Assembly (NCBI GenBank): GCA_963707955.1
Contig: OY970176.1
Location: 64,001 to 128,000 of the forward strand
Direction of reading: 5' to 3'
Length of the DNA: 64,000 nucleotides
DNA from: Candidatus Bathyarchaeota archaeon
Lineage (GTDB): Archaea > Thermoproteota > Bathyarchaeia > Bathyarchaeales > Bathycorpusculaceae
Numbering within the stretch: position 1 is the first letter of the stretch; every line of letters starts with the position of its first letter. Position numbers and translations under genes: made by a program. Of this stretch, positions 19,989 through 29,254 are shown in pieces. The notes under the pieces are model-generated. The model saw only the letters and a list, made by a program, of their open reading frames with translations. It was not told where the DNA came from and ran no database searches.

Positions 19989-20165
19989 ATGGTTTGGAAA
20001 GACTGTGGCTATTTGAGTTTAACTAAGGATGGAAAGAAAGTGGCTGTCGTAGTTAAGAAGGCTCGGTACATAGCAAAACTTGAAGAACTACGAAAGGTTC
20101 TTGATGGGAAACAAAGCTACACTTACATCCTTGAACCTTCTTCAGAAAAAAGAGAGAAAATTTGA
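19989..20165 (+). CDS. Small hypothetical protein (58 aa)
   Basis: MVWKDCGYLSLTKDGKKVAVVVKKARYIAKLEELRKVLDGKQSYTYILEPSSEKREKI; SD-like GGAGG upstream; 2 nt after the previous stop. Confidence 0.7.
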   Translation: MVWKDCGYLSLTKDGKKVAVVVKKARYIAKLEELRKVLDGKQSYTYILEPSSEKREKI

Positions 20166-20188
20166 AACTTTTGAGGGCGCGCGCTAAT

Positions 20189-20611
20189 CTAGGTCGCTGA
20201 TTTACCCGCTTTGAAGAGAAAGGCTTCTATCTGCTCTTTCGTCATGATGCCTTCTGCGATTTCGCCAGAATCAGCAACCAACGCTGGAAGAGTCTTGATT
20301 TTTTTAGAGTGGTCAAATTTCCAGTTTGAGAAGGCACTCTCCTTCGTTAGGTCAACCACCGTCAAAACGAAACCGTGCTCTGAGGCAAGCTCTGTGGCTT
20401 CTTCGACCATTCTCATTTGGTCTTCAGGAAGTACAAAATCGTATTCAATGACGGTTTCTTGGTCATAATATGAGTGCGCTCTCTGTGGCACCCCATAGAA
20501 TCTTGACAGAACCTCTCCCTGCTTGGGAACAAACACCTGCACATTTCTTTTAGGAATCTTAGCACTTCTCACGTAGAGAATGATTTCGGAGCTCATGCTC
20601 TTCGCCTTCAA
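20189..20611 (-). CDS. Hypothetical protein with thioredoxin-like C-terminus
   Basis: VVDL...IKTLPALV...GIMTKEQIEAFL pattern without CxxC. Confidence 0.6.
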   Translation of the reverse strand: MKAKSMSSEIILYVRSAKIPKRNVQVFVPKQGEVLSRFYGVPQRAHSYYDQETVIEYDFVLPEDQMRMVEEATELASEHGFVLTVVDLTKESAFSNWKFDHSKKIKTLPALVADSGEIAEGIMTKEQIEAFLFKAGKSAT

Positions 20612-20704
20612 GTATTCTTTCTACCATGCTCCGAAAAAAAGTTTGCGTATCAAGTACGCGCCGTTTATCCATCTCTTTTTCTTTGCGCGATATCTCGCTA
20701 TCTC

Positions 20705-20980
20705 TATCTGTCTGTGTGTCTGTCTGCCTGCCTGTCTGGGTCTGTCAGAGAGAGAGGGATAGTATAGGTGAATAGTGGAAAGGCACAGTCGTAGTCGTGG
20801 TCGTAGAAAGGTTTGGGTTTGGGTTTGGGGGGTAAAGTTTAATCTTCCTAAATCTCTCTCTCGATTTCTTATGCACGCGACGACGCTCTAACTCTGACGC
20901 TCTAACTCTGACGCTCTAACTCTACCCCCTACTCACTCACTCTACACACGCACACACACACGCACACAAAAAAACACGCA
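20705..20980. repeat. Contiguous low-complexity element A+B copy 2: (TCTG)n, (GA)n, (GGGTTT)n, GGTAAAGTTTAAT, (GACGCTCTAACTCT)x3 at 20882-20923, (CA)n
   Basis: Read directly; homologous to 17674-17761 plus 18392-18563. Confidence 0.85.
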
Positions 20981-21229
20981 GAAGTCAGAGAAACTTCGGG
21001 TTTCATCGGGCTTTCTCTGTTTCTCATATTCCTCTTTCAGTTTGACTAGAGCGCGCGTTACTCTGCACAATAACTTTTGCAATCACTCGAGCGCGCGTGT
21101 GCTCAGGGTTTAGACAGAATCGCTATTTTGGATTCATAACGCTTTTCTAATGCGCGCTAGGAAATAGCATATGAGCAAAATGTCTATTTGGTGATCTTGT
21201 TGTCTCACAGTGAAGAGAGAGTTGAGGGA

Positions 21230-21709
21230 ATGACTGAGAAAGAGACCAACGTGACTCTAACAGTCGAGGACGTGATGGTCAAGGAAGTAATAAAGATAAA
21301 CGAGGACGTCATGGTCAAAGAAGCCGCTAAATTAATGAACAAGTATGAAATCGGCTGCTTGATAGCTCTTAAGAAGGGCAAGGTCTCGGGAATTTTGACA
21401 GAGAGAGACTTGTTGAAAAGGGTGGTTGCTGAGGCGAAGGATGCGTCCAAAATAAGAGTCAAAGATGTGATGACGAGTCCTTTGGTTGTTGCTGAACCAA
21501 AGATGGATCTTGTTGAAGGTGTGAGATTGATGTTTCAGATGAAGATAAAGAAGTTGCCTGTGGTCGAAGACAAGCGCTTAATGGGTCTATTGAGTTTGAC
21601 TGACATTGCTCGTTTCCAACCTCAAATGATGGTGCTGGTCAGACTACTTGCCGCCAATCAGACCACACCAAAAAGCATGCAAAAAGTAATCGACCGCTAC
21701 ATTATCTAG
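21230..21709 (+). CDS. CBS domain pair protein
   Basis: VEDVM...GILTERDLL...VKDVMTSP...IKKLPVV...GLLSLTDI. Confidence 0.92.
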   Translation: MTEKETNVTLTVEDVMVKEVIKINEDVMVKEAAKLMNKYEIGCLIALKKGKVSGILTERDLLKRVVAEAKDASKIRVKDVMTSPLVVAEPKMDLVEGVRLMFQMKIKKLPVVEDKRLMGLLSLTDIARFQPQMMVLVRLLAANQTTPKSMQKVIDRYII

Positions 21710-21914
21710 CGCGCACACCATCGCAATCTCACCTTCTCATACCTGTCCAGACATGCTCTGCAAACCCTACAAAAAAGGAACGAGTCTAGTCAACTTACGC
21801 GCGCTAATCTTCTTAGAACCTCAAAGCTAATCCTGAAATGATCCTTCCAAAGCAAGTGCTTGCACAAACTGTGACGAAAGCCGTTTAGCTCGCGCCAAAA
21901 GAAGAAACTTTTTT

Positions 21915-22142
21915 CTATCCTTCATGCGCGATCATCGTTATTGTTGATTTAACTCTCTCCAGTCTCCTTATCTTGTCATGTGATTCTTTGAGCCTGTCCA
22001 TAGTATCCGCTCTTGTTCTTACAATGATGTCATAGACGCCGTAGACAGGATAAGCTTCTTCAACTCCCTTAATCTCCCTCAATGCTTTCATCAACATCGG
22101 GTGATATTCTTCTGAATTTATCAACAAATATGCCGTAGGCAT
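21915..22142 (-). CDS. Stand-alone Lrp/AsnC ligand-binding domain protein
   Basis: AYLLIN...GVEEAYPVYGVYDIIV...IRRLERVKSTITMI. Confidence 0.88.
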   Translation of the reverse strand: MPTAYLLINSEEYHPMLMKALREIKGVEEAYPVYGVYDIIVRTRADTMDRLKESHDKIRRLERVKSTITMIAHEG

Positions 22143-22282
22143 CCAAATCACCTTTTACTCTCTCTGAACACTTGGCTTTTAGCTTTTGGGCGCGCGCTAG
22201 CAGAAGCAGAGTTTCCTTCACTATCCGAGATTCATAACATTTTTACATCATTTTCTCTAGTTAGCTAAAAGGGAATTTGAAG

Positions 22283-22450
22283 ATGGTTAATTGTCCAGAA
22301 TGTGGGAAACTATTGAAAAAGGGCTCGCGCAAGAAAAGGTACTGCTGCGAAAACAGCGCTTGTTCCGTTATATTTGTTCTTCATCCTGACAATCAATCAT
22401 TAATGGAGATAAAATACAAGGCCAGCGCGAGCTCTAAGGCTTCCGTATGA
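22283..22450 (+). CDS. Small zinc-ribbon protein (55 aa)
   Basis: MVNCPECGKLL...YCCENSAC. Confidence 0.6.
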   Translation: MVNCPECGKLLKKGSRKKRYCCENSACSVIFVLHPDNQSLMEIKYKASASSKASV

Positions 22451-22744
22451 AGCGACCCGTCTTAAGGTAGCGCGCGCTAACTTAAGGAGCGAGATTGCCC
22501 TTTGCAAGGTTCGAAGCAAAGTAGTTCAAGCGCCGCGCAGTACTGAAGTCAGATTTGGCTTTTGACAAGGGCATGCCAAAATTTCTTGCTTCCACGAACT
22601 TTGCCCAAAAAATTTCTCAACCAGTAGCGTGCACTGATTCGGTTTCCAACGTGCTTCAAGAGAAAAGAGGGGATTTGCGGGAGACATCGCCTTAATTAGG
22701 AAGATATTTACTTTTCCTAGCCATAGTTCGCAATTTGCGTCAGG

Positions 22745-25219
22745 ATGCTGTTGAGTGTAATGAAGAGACTGCCAAAAGTGCTCAGTATTTCGGCGATTGA
22801 GAAGAAGTGGCAGGGCGAATGGGAAAAGATGGGGACGTACCGTTTCGACTGGAAGGATAGTGGAAGCCCTAGGTTCAGCATTGACACGCCTCCGCCGTAC
22901 GCGTCTGGAGAGTTCCACATGGGAACGGTTCTCAACTGGACATACTTTGACATCGTGGCCCGTTACAAGCGCATGGACGGCTACAACGTTCACTTTCCAC
23001 AAGGATGGGACTGTCACGGTTTGCCCGTTGAGGTGGAAGTTGAAAAGGAGCACGGGATCAAGAAAACGGACATTCCTCCCGACCATTTCAGGAAGCTATG
23101 TGAAAAGCTCGTGAACGAATACATTGGTTCCATGAAGGCTGACATGACCCGCCTTGGATATTCGATGGATTGGACGACGGAGTACAAGACGATGGACCCG
23201 GACTACTGGAGACGCACCCAGCTCTCGTTCATTCTCCTCTACAACAAAGGCTTCATCTACCGTGGAACGCATCCTGTGAACTGGTGTCCAAGATGCGAAA
23301 CCGCGATCGCTGACGCCGAAGTCGAACACGAAACAAGAAACGCCGAGTTGCATTACATCAAGTTCGAGCTTGAAGAGGGCGGTTTCCTCGAGATAGCCAC
23401 GACAAGACCCGAGCTCATTCCAGCCTGTGTAACAGTGGCTGTGAACCCTGACGACGAACGATACAAACAGTACGTCGGAAAGAGGGTTAAGGTGCCAACA
23501 ACGAACAGAACGGTTGAAGTTGTAACTGACGAAATGGTCGACCCGAAGTTCGGCACTGGAGCAGTGATGATCTGCACGTACGGCGACAAGGCTGACGTCA
23601 AGAGCGTCGCAGTGCATCATCTACCTGCCATAGTGTGCATAGACGAAAAGGGCAGAATGACCGAAAACGCCGGAAAATACGCTGGCATGCAGACTGAAGA
23701 GGCCAAGGAGGCCATTCTCAAAGACCTGCGGAATGATGGGCGGCTAGGAAAGACTGAAACTCTCAAGCAGGAGGTGAGCATCTGCTGGAGATGCAAGACT
23801 CCGATAGAAATCCTTGAGAGGGAACAGTGGTTCATGAAGACACGTGTCCTCACCGACAAGGTCGAAAAGAACGCTTTAGAGATCAAGTGGTATCCTGACT
23901 ACATGAAGCATCGCCTGATCGACTGGGCAAAGTCGCTTGAGTGGGACTGGGTAATATCGCGGCAGAGAGTGTTCGCAACGCCGATACCCATCTGGTACTG
24001 CAAAAAATGCGGTGAAATAATCCTTGCCGAACCTGAGTGGGTGCCGATAGACCCGCGGCTAGAAAGCCCGAGAACTGCGAAGTGTCCGAAATGCGGCCAC
24101 GGGGAGTTTAAGCCAGAGACAGATGTGCTGGATACCTGGTTTGACTCGTCGATAACGTGTGCGGTGCACGCTGGGTGGCCTGACAAGAAAGACTGGAGAA
24201 GACTGTTCCCAGCGGACATGCACCCTTCAGGCGTAGACATCATCCGTACGTGGGCCTACTATTTGATGGTCAGGCACTTGGCCCTGTTTGACGAAAAACC
24301 GTACAGGAGCTGCTTGATCAACGGCATGGTGCTGGGAACAGACGGCCGCGAGATGCACAAGTCTTTGGGCAATTATGTGTCATCTGAAGAAGTTCTTGAG
24401 AAGTACGGAGCAGACGCGACGAGGCAGTGGGCCGCAGGCGGCGGCGCCACGGGTTCAGACATTCCGTTCCGATGGCCGGATGTGGAATATGGCTGGCGCT
24501 TCTTGATCAAACTGTGGAACGCATCGAGCTTCGTGAGCAACTTGTTGAAGGACTATGCGCCGACTGAGAAGTCCAGAGACAATCTTCAGCCCTTGGATAA
24601 GTGGATACTGAGCAAGGCTGAAAAGGTTACTGAAAAGGTGACTGAGGCTCTAGAGAACTGTCAGTTCAACACGGCTTTGGAAGAAACTCGCAATTTCACC
24701 TGGCACATCTTCTGCGACTGCTACTTAGAGGCTGTGAAAGACCGCCTTTACAGGCCAGAAATCTACGGAGAAGACAAGAAAAGGGCGGCGCAGTACGCGT
24801 TACACGTTGTCTTGAACAGAATCCTGCATCTTCTGGCACCGATAACACCTCACGTTACAGAAGAGATCTATCAAACTCTGTACGCGGAAGAGGAAAAGCA
24901 AGGAAGCATCCATCGTTCTTCCTGGCCACGAGTTGACAAAACGCGTTTTGATGAAGAAGCGGAAACGCGTGGAGACCTAATCATGGCAATCATCACAGAG
25001 GTTCGAAGGGAGAAAGCTGAAAAGCATCTGCCATTGAATGCACCAATCAAGAAGCTCACGATCTACGCTGGAGAAAAAAGCTTTGGAGAAACAATTGCTG
25101 AAGGCAAGGAGGACATATCTGGTTCTTGCAAGGTCGCAGACCTGAAGATTCTGCCAGACAAGGGTGAGGGCAGAGAGGCCAAACCGTTCAACGTCAGCTT
25201 CATCACAGATTATCAGTGA
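22745..25219 (+). CDS. valS: Valine--tRNA ligase
   Basis: DTPPPY, GWDCHGLP, DWVISRQR, DVLDTWFDS, DIIRTWAYY; HIGH site reads HMGT and KMSKS site reads EMHKS. Confidence 0.95.
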   Translation: MLLSVMKRLPKVLSISAIEKKWQGEWEKMGTYRFDWKDSGSPRFSIDTPPPYASGEFHMGTVLNWTYFDIVARYKRMDGYNVHFPQGWDCHGLPVEVEVEKEHGIKKTDIPPDHFRKLCEKLVNEYIGSMKADMTRLGYSMDWTTEYKTMDPDYWRRTQLSFILLYNKGFIYRGTHPVNWCPRCETAIADAEVEHETRNAELHYIKFELEEGGFLEIATTRPELIPACVTVAVNPDDERYKQYVGKRVKVPTTNRTVEVVTDEMVDPKFGTGAVMICTYGDKADVKSVAVHHLPAIVCIDEKGRMTENAGKYAGMQTEEAKEAILKDLRNDGRLGKTETLKQEVSICWRCKTPIEILEREQWFMKTRVLTDKVEKNALEIKWYPDYMKHRLIDWAKSLEWDWVISRQRVFATPIPIWYCKKCGEIILAEPEWVPIDPRLESPRTAKCPKCGHGEFKPETDVLDTWFDSSITCAVHAGWPDKKDWRRLFPADMHPSGVDIIRTWAYYLMVRHLALFDEKPYRSCLINGMVLGTDGREMHKSLGNYVSSEEVLEKYGADATRQWAAGGGATGSDIPFRWPDVEYGWRFLIKLWNASSFVSNLLKDYAPTEKSRDNLQPLDKWILSKAEKVTEKVTEALENCQFNTALEETRNFTWHIFCDCYLEAVKDRLYRPEIYGEDKKRAAQYALHVVLNRILHLLAPITPHVTEEIYQTLYAEEEKQGSIHRSSWPRVDKTRFDEEAETRGDLIMAIITEVRREKAEKHLPLNAPIKKLTIYAGEKSFGETIAEGKEDISGSCKVADLKILPDKGEGREAKPFNVSFITDYQ

Positions 25220-25238
25220 CCCTCGGAAGCGGTGGACA

Positions 25239-25979
25239 GTGAAGAGAGTTGGGATAATAGGGTGCGGCGTAATCGGCACTGTAATCGCAAAAGCAGTTGA
25301 TGAAGGGATTGTTAAGTGTGACGAGCTCATTCTCTACGACTGCAATCACGAGAAGGCGGAGAACCTTCGAAAATCTCTGCGCGTCGACGTCGAAGTCGTC
25401 AGAAGCCTTGAAGAAATGCTTAGAATCAAACCTGCAGTGATCGTGGAGGCAGCGTCACAGCAAGCTGTCAAAGAATACCTTCCGAGGATCCTAGCGGAGA
25501 ACGTTGAACTCATAGTCATGAGCGTGGGTGCGCTTCTTGAAATGGACGTCAGAAGCCGTAAAATTCACGTGCCCTCAGGAGCTATAGGCGGCTTAGACGC
25601 AGTTTCCAGTGCAGCGCTCGCTGGGATTGACGAGGTCACCCTGACTACGAGAAAGAACCCTCAGACTCTTGACTTGAACAATCAAGGAGAAAAGGTTGCT
25701 TACGATGGGTATGCTGAGGAGGCTGTCAGGCTTTTTCCAAGAGAGATGAACGTCGCTGCAACCCTGGCTTTGGCTGTCAGGCCAAAGAAAGTGATGGTCA
25801 AAGTAATATCAGACCCCAAAGTGAACAGGAACATCCATGAGGTCAAAGTCGCTTGGAAACATGGCGATATGCTTTTGAGGTTTGAAAACGACTCGTATCC
25901 AGACAACCCTAAGACAAGTGCTCTTGCAGCGTGGTCCGCGATAAAGCTACTGAACGAAGTGCTGGAAAAAACATTTTAG
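25239..25979 (+). CDS. nadX: L-aspartate dehydrogenase
   Basis: GIIGCGVIG, VEAASQQA, PSGAIGGLD, NPKTSALAAWS. Confidence 0.88.
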   Translation: MKRVGIIGCGVIGTVIAKAVDEGIVKCDELILYDCNHEKAENLRKSLRVDVEVVRSLEEMLRIKPAVIVEAASQQAVKEYLPRILAENVELIVMSVGALLEMDVRSRKIHVPSGAIGGLDAVSSAALAGIDEVTLTTRKNPQTLDLNNQGEKVAYDGYAEEAVRLFPREMNVAATLALAVRPKKVMVKVISDPKVNRNIHEVKVAWKHGDMLLRFENDSYPDNPKTSALAAWSAIKLLNEVLEKTF

Positions 25980-25981
25980 CC

Positions 25982-26782
25982 TCACGGTCTTAACCCCGTG
26001 CCCACGTCTATCCAGAGTCTTTCGCCGATTTTTCTATAACCGATCTTTTCATAAACCCTGATTGCAGGATAATTGTCTGACCTCACGAACAAAACCGCCG
26101 CTTCCGCCTGCCTCAACGCTTCTTCGGTAACTGCAGACGTGGCTAGGAGTGCGTACCCTTTGTTCCTGTAGTTGGGGTCAGTGTAGACTCCTCCTATCAT
26201 CCAGACCTGGGGCAGCTGAATGAAGGAACCGGCATACGAGACCAGCACGTCTTTCTTGAAGACGCCGTAGATCGGCAACTTCGCTACCCATTCAATGTAC
26301 CTCTTCATCATTCTCTTGGGACGATCCGTCCTTTGGAGAAGGAGTCTAGCTAGCATCGCCGCGTCCTCTTCGGTGACCAATCGCTTCACAAGTCTTGAAT
26401 TGTAAAAGATTGCTTCAGGCTTTCTTATCAGCATCCAGTTTTCGGTGTAGTCTTTTGCGTTAGAAAGATTATTCTTTATGACTGGCAGAAGGTTTGGTGT
26501 CGCATGCATTATGAAGTGGTTCTCGGGTGCATGGACAATCAGCGTTTCAGCAGCATCTTCTTCGGATTCTAGGATTACGCTTGGAACGTCGGCGGCGGTG
26601 TAGGTGAGGATGTATCCAATCACGCGGTTTTTTTGGAAGGCCGCGTAGGTTGTCGTGTGTTCAGGGTCGTACTGAACATCGTAGAAAGCGAAAACATGTT
26701 TGATGACGTCTGACTTAACACATTCAACGAAGCGCTGTTTGTTTCCCTCATCAATCTTCTCAACTTTGAACATTAAACTCAC
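25982..26782 (-). CDS. GNAT family acetyltransferase
   Basis: GGVYTDPNYRNKGYA, NYPAIRVYEKIGY. Confidence 0.9.
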   Translation of the reverse strand: MSLMFKVEKIDEGNKQRFVECVKSDVIKHVFAFYDVQYDPEHTTTYAAFQKNRVIGYILTYTAADVPSVILESEEDAAETLIVHAPENHFIMHATPNLLPVIKNNLSNAKDYTENWMLIRKPEAIFYNSRLVKRLVTEEDAAMLARLLLQRTDRPKRMMKRYIEWVAKLPIYGVFKKDVLVSYAGSFIQLPQVWMIGGVYTDPNYRNKGYALLATSAVTEEALRQAEAAVLFVRSDNYPAIRVYEKIGYRKIGERLWIDVGTGLRP

Positions 26783-26821
26783 GGTACAACAATGTTAATT
26801 ATCAATGTTAATTATCGCGCA

Positions 26822-27967
26822 CTAGTCCTTCAGTTTCTTGATTTCTTCTATGAGCTTGTCAATTTCTTCCTCTGTGTTGTAAAAATGTGGTGAGACCCTT
26901 ATTCCATTGGCTCTAGCAGACACGACTATGCCTTTCTTGTTCAGCCTATCCGTTACCTTCTGCGGTTTTCCAATCTTGAAGTTCACTATTCCAGAGCGGC
27001 ATTGCTTCTGTTCCGGCGTTTGAAGTTCAAGCCCTAGATCCTTGACTGAATCTATCAGACGATCTGTAAGCTTGATGATTATTCGTTTGACATTTTCAGT
27101 TCCGCAGTTCAGCAGCATCTTCATCGCTTCCGCCGCGCCCACGAAGCTTATCGTTGACGGCGAGCCCACTTCGAAACGACTTGCCGTCTTAGAGAGTTTC
27201 AGGTTCCAGATGTCCCAAAAATCTGTCGTTTTAAATACCTCTGGCCTCACACTTGCCCAACCGACGTAGGGTGGTTCAAACTCTTCAATGAGTTCGTCCT
27301 TCACGTACAGGTAGGCTGCTCCTGAAGGGCTCAGCAGCCACTTGTAGCAGGCGGCCATGAGGAAGTCAACATCATCAGTTTTGACGTTGATCGGCATGGT
27401 TCCAACAGATTGTATTGCGTCAACGATTAGGTAGGCTCCGTGTTCATGGGCCACTTCGCTTAGAACTCGCAGGTTGTGGCGGAAACCGTTGACGTATTCA
27501 ACGTGGCTTATAGCAACGGCAACAGTCTTATCGTCAACAGCCTTTTCCATGTCGTCCAACGATACTTTTCCGTCGACGCTCTTGACATAGTGGACTTTTG
27601 CCCCGAGGTTCTTGCGGAGCCAAGGATAAACCACAGAAGGATACTCCAAGTCTGTCGTGACCATCTTCGAACCTGGCGGGTATTGAAGGACGCTTGCGGC
27701 TATGTTCAAGCCTACCGAGGTGTTTTCGATCAGCGCTATTTCCTCAGACCTAGCGCCGATGAGTTTGGCGAAGTGGGGTTTGCCCCACCTGTCACATTCG
27801 ATCAAGCTTGTTCCAAACTTGGAGAAGTCATCTGTGTATCTGTGAATCGCATCAGCGACTGGTTTGGGCAGTGGAGACTGCGCGGCATGATTCAAAAAGA
27901 CTTTGCTCTCGGTGATTGGAAACTGTTCACGGATTTTCCGGACATTATCCATACGATCTACGCCCAC
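26822..27967 (-). CDS. Class V PLP-dependent aminotransferase (cysteine desulfurase-like)
   Basis: FLNHAAQSP, VDAIQSVG, YKWLLSP, IRVSPHFYN. Confidence 0.9.
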   Translation of the reverse strand: MGVDRMDNVRKIREQFPITESKVFLNHAAQSPLPKPVADAIHRYTDDFSKFGTSLIECDRWGKPHFAKLIGARSEEIALIENTSVGLNIAASVLQYPPGSKMVTTDLEYPSVVYPWLRKNLGAKVHYVKSVDGKVSLDDMEKAVDDKTVAVAISHVEYVNGFRHNLRVLSEVAHEHGAYLIVDAIQSVGTMPINVKTDDVDFLMAACYKWLLSPSGAAYLYVKDELIEEFEPPYVGWASVRPEVFKTTDFWDIWNLKLSKTASRFEVGSPSTISFVGAAEAMKMLLNCGTENVKRIIIKLTDRLIDSVKDLGLELQTPEQKQCRSGIVNFKIGKPQKVTDRLNKKGIVVSARANGIRVSPHFYNTEEEIDKLIEEIKKLKD

Positions 27968-28052
27968 TGCTATGCTGGCAAGCCTAGACTATTAGCTTCT
28001 GAGTATTAAAGCCTCAAGGTTTACGCGGGGCCATTGGCAATGTTTTTGGCGC

Positions 28053-29183
28053 CTATTGTAAGCCTGAAATCGAGAAGCCTTCGAAACACGCCCAGTTTTT
28101 TCTCAGCAGTCTCTTCAGCTCGTCAATAGTGTTTGCGACGATGCGCCGACAGTCAGGGGGACTCTTCGGCGGAGCATAGGGCTCCGTGACAGTCATCTTC
28201 TCTATGCCGACTATGCCTGCTACGAGCGCGTACCAGCAGAGCGGCAGAACTTTCGGGTTGTATCCGCTTCCAGGCATCATCACGAGCTTTCCACCACAGA
28301 CTCTATCTGCAGTCTCTCTGATCACGTTGGACAGTTCAAAAAAGCCGTTGACAGTCAACGCTAAGCCTCCGAGCGTGTCTGCAAAATGTGGGTCGCTTCC
28401 TCCGTTGGTGATGATGATCTCGGGCTTGAACTCCTCTGCCAACGGGACAAAAATCTCATTTAACGCGTACAGATACGTGCTGTCGCCCGTTCCCGGTGGC
28501 AACGGTACGTTGACGTTGTAGCCTTCTCCTCTTCCTTCTCCGATCTGCCAGGTGAAGCCTGTTCCAGGATAGATCGTTCTCGGGTCCTGATGCAAAGATA
28601 TGTAGAGCACCGTTGGGTCATCGTAGTAGATGCTGCTCGTACCGTTTCCAAAGTGAACATCATGGTCCAGGATCAAAAACCTTCGAACACCGTGTTCAGC
28701 TCTCAAGTACTCAGTCAGAACTGCGACATCATTGAACAAGCAGAATCCTCCTCCGTAGTTTTTTCCAGCGTGATGATAACCCCCACCTAGGGAAACTGCT
28801 CTTCCAGCTCTATTCTCAACAACTGCCTTGCCGCATTCAATTGCGTTCCCACAGACAATTAGTGCTGCTTCAAGAATCTCTGGAGAGACAGGTGTCTCAA
28901 TATCGTAAGCTCTGTCCTCTTTTGCGAGGCCAAAGATCAAGTCGACGTATTCCTCATCGTGAACCCTCAACAAGTCTTTTCGAGAGGCTGGCTCAGGTTG
29001 AACAAGAACGATTCCAGGATGGCTGAACAAGCCTTGTGCACGAAAGAATTCCATTGCGTTAACAAAGCGGTCGCCTCTGAACGGATGCCCTTCGCCCAGA
29101 TCGTACTGTTTCATTTTTTCATGAAAACCGATGATGATCCTCTCAGCCAATTGCAGAACATCCTCAACCCGAAATGAATGCAA
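28053..29183 (-). CDS. Histone deacetylase-family (AcuC-like) protein
   Basis: GGYHHA, GFCLFND, DHDVHFGNGT, SLHQ, GGSDPH. Confidence 0.92.
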   Translation of the reverse strand: MHSFRVEDVLQLAERIIIGFHEKMKQYDLGEGHPFRGDRFVNAMEFFRAQGLFSHPGIVLVQPEPASRKDLLRVHDEEYVDLIFGLAKEDRAYDIETPVSPEILEAALIVCGNAIECGKAVVENRAGRAVSLGGGYHHAGKNYGGGFCLFNDVAVLTEYLRAEHGVRRFLILDHDVHFGNGTSSIYYDDPTVLYISLHQDPRTIYPGTGFTWQIGEGRGEGYNVNVPLPPGTGDSTYLYALNEIFVPLAEEFKPEIIITNGGSDPHFADTLGGLALTVNGFFELSNVIRETADRVCGGKLVMMPGSGYNPKVLPLCWYALVAGIVGIEKMTVTEPYAPPKSPPDCRRIVANTIDELKRLLRKNWACFEGFSISGLQ

Positions 29184-29254
29184 ACCAGTATAAAATCCTG
29201 CATGGCCCGTGTGGACACGTTTGAACAGAAAAAGAAAGGAGAATAGTGGCCTTG

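Noticed and set aside
11727-20845. Replication origin (ORB elements with G-strings)
   Set aside because: The motif lacks the TCCA.TGGAAA ORB core and no cdc6/orc1 gene is nearby.
11505-20923. CRISPR array (22-bp and 14-bp repeats near the cas1-like stubs)
   Set aside because: The repeats are directly tandem with no unique spacers; I saw no repeat-spacer array in the window.
26790-26815. 13-bp tandem duplication CAATGTTAATTAT x2
   Set aside because: Single short duplication in a small spacer; probably slippage.
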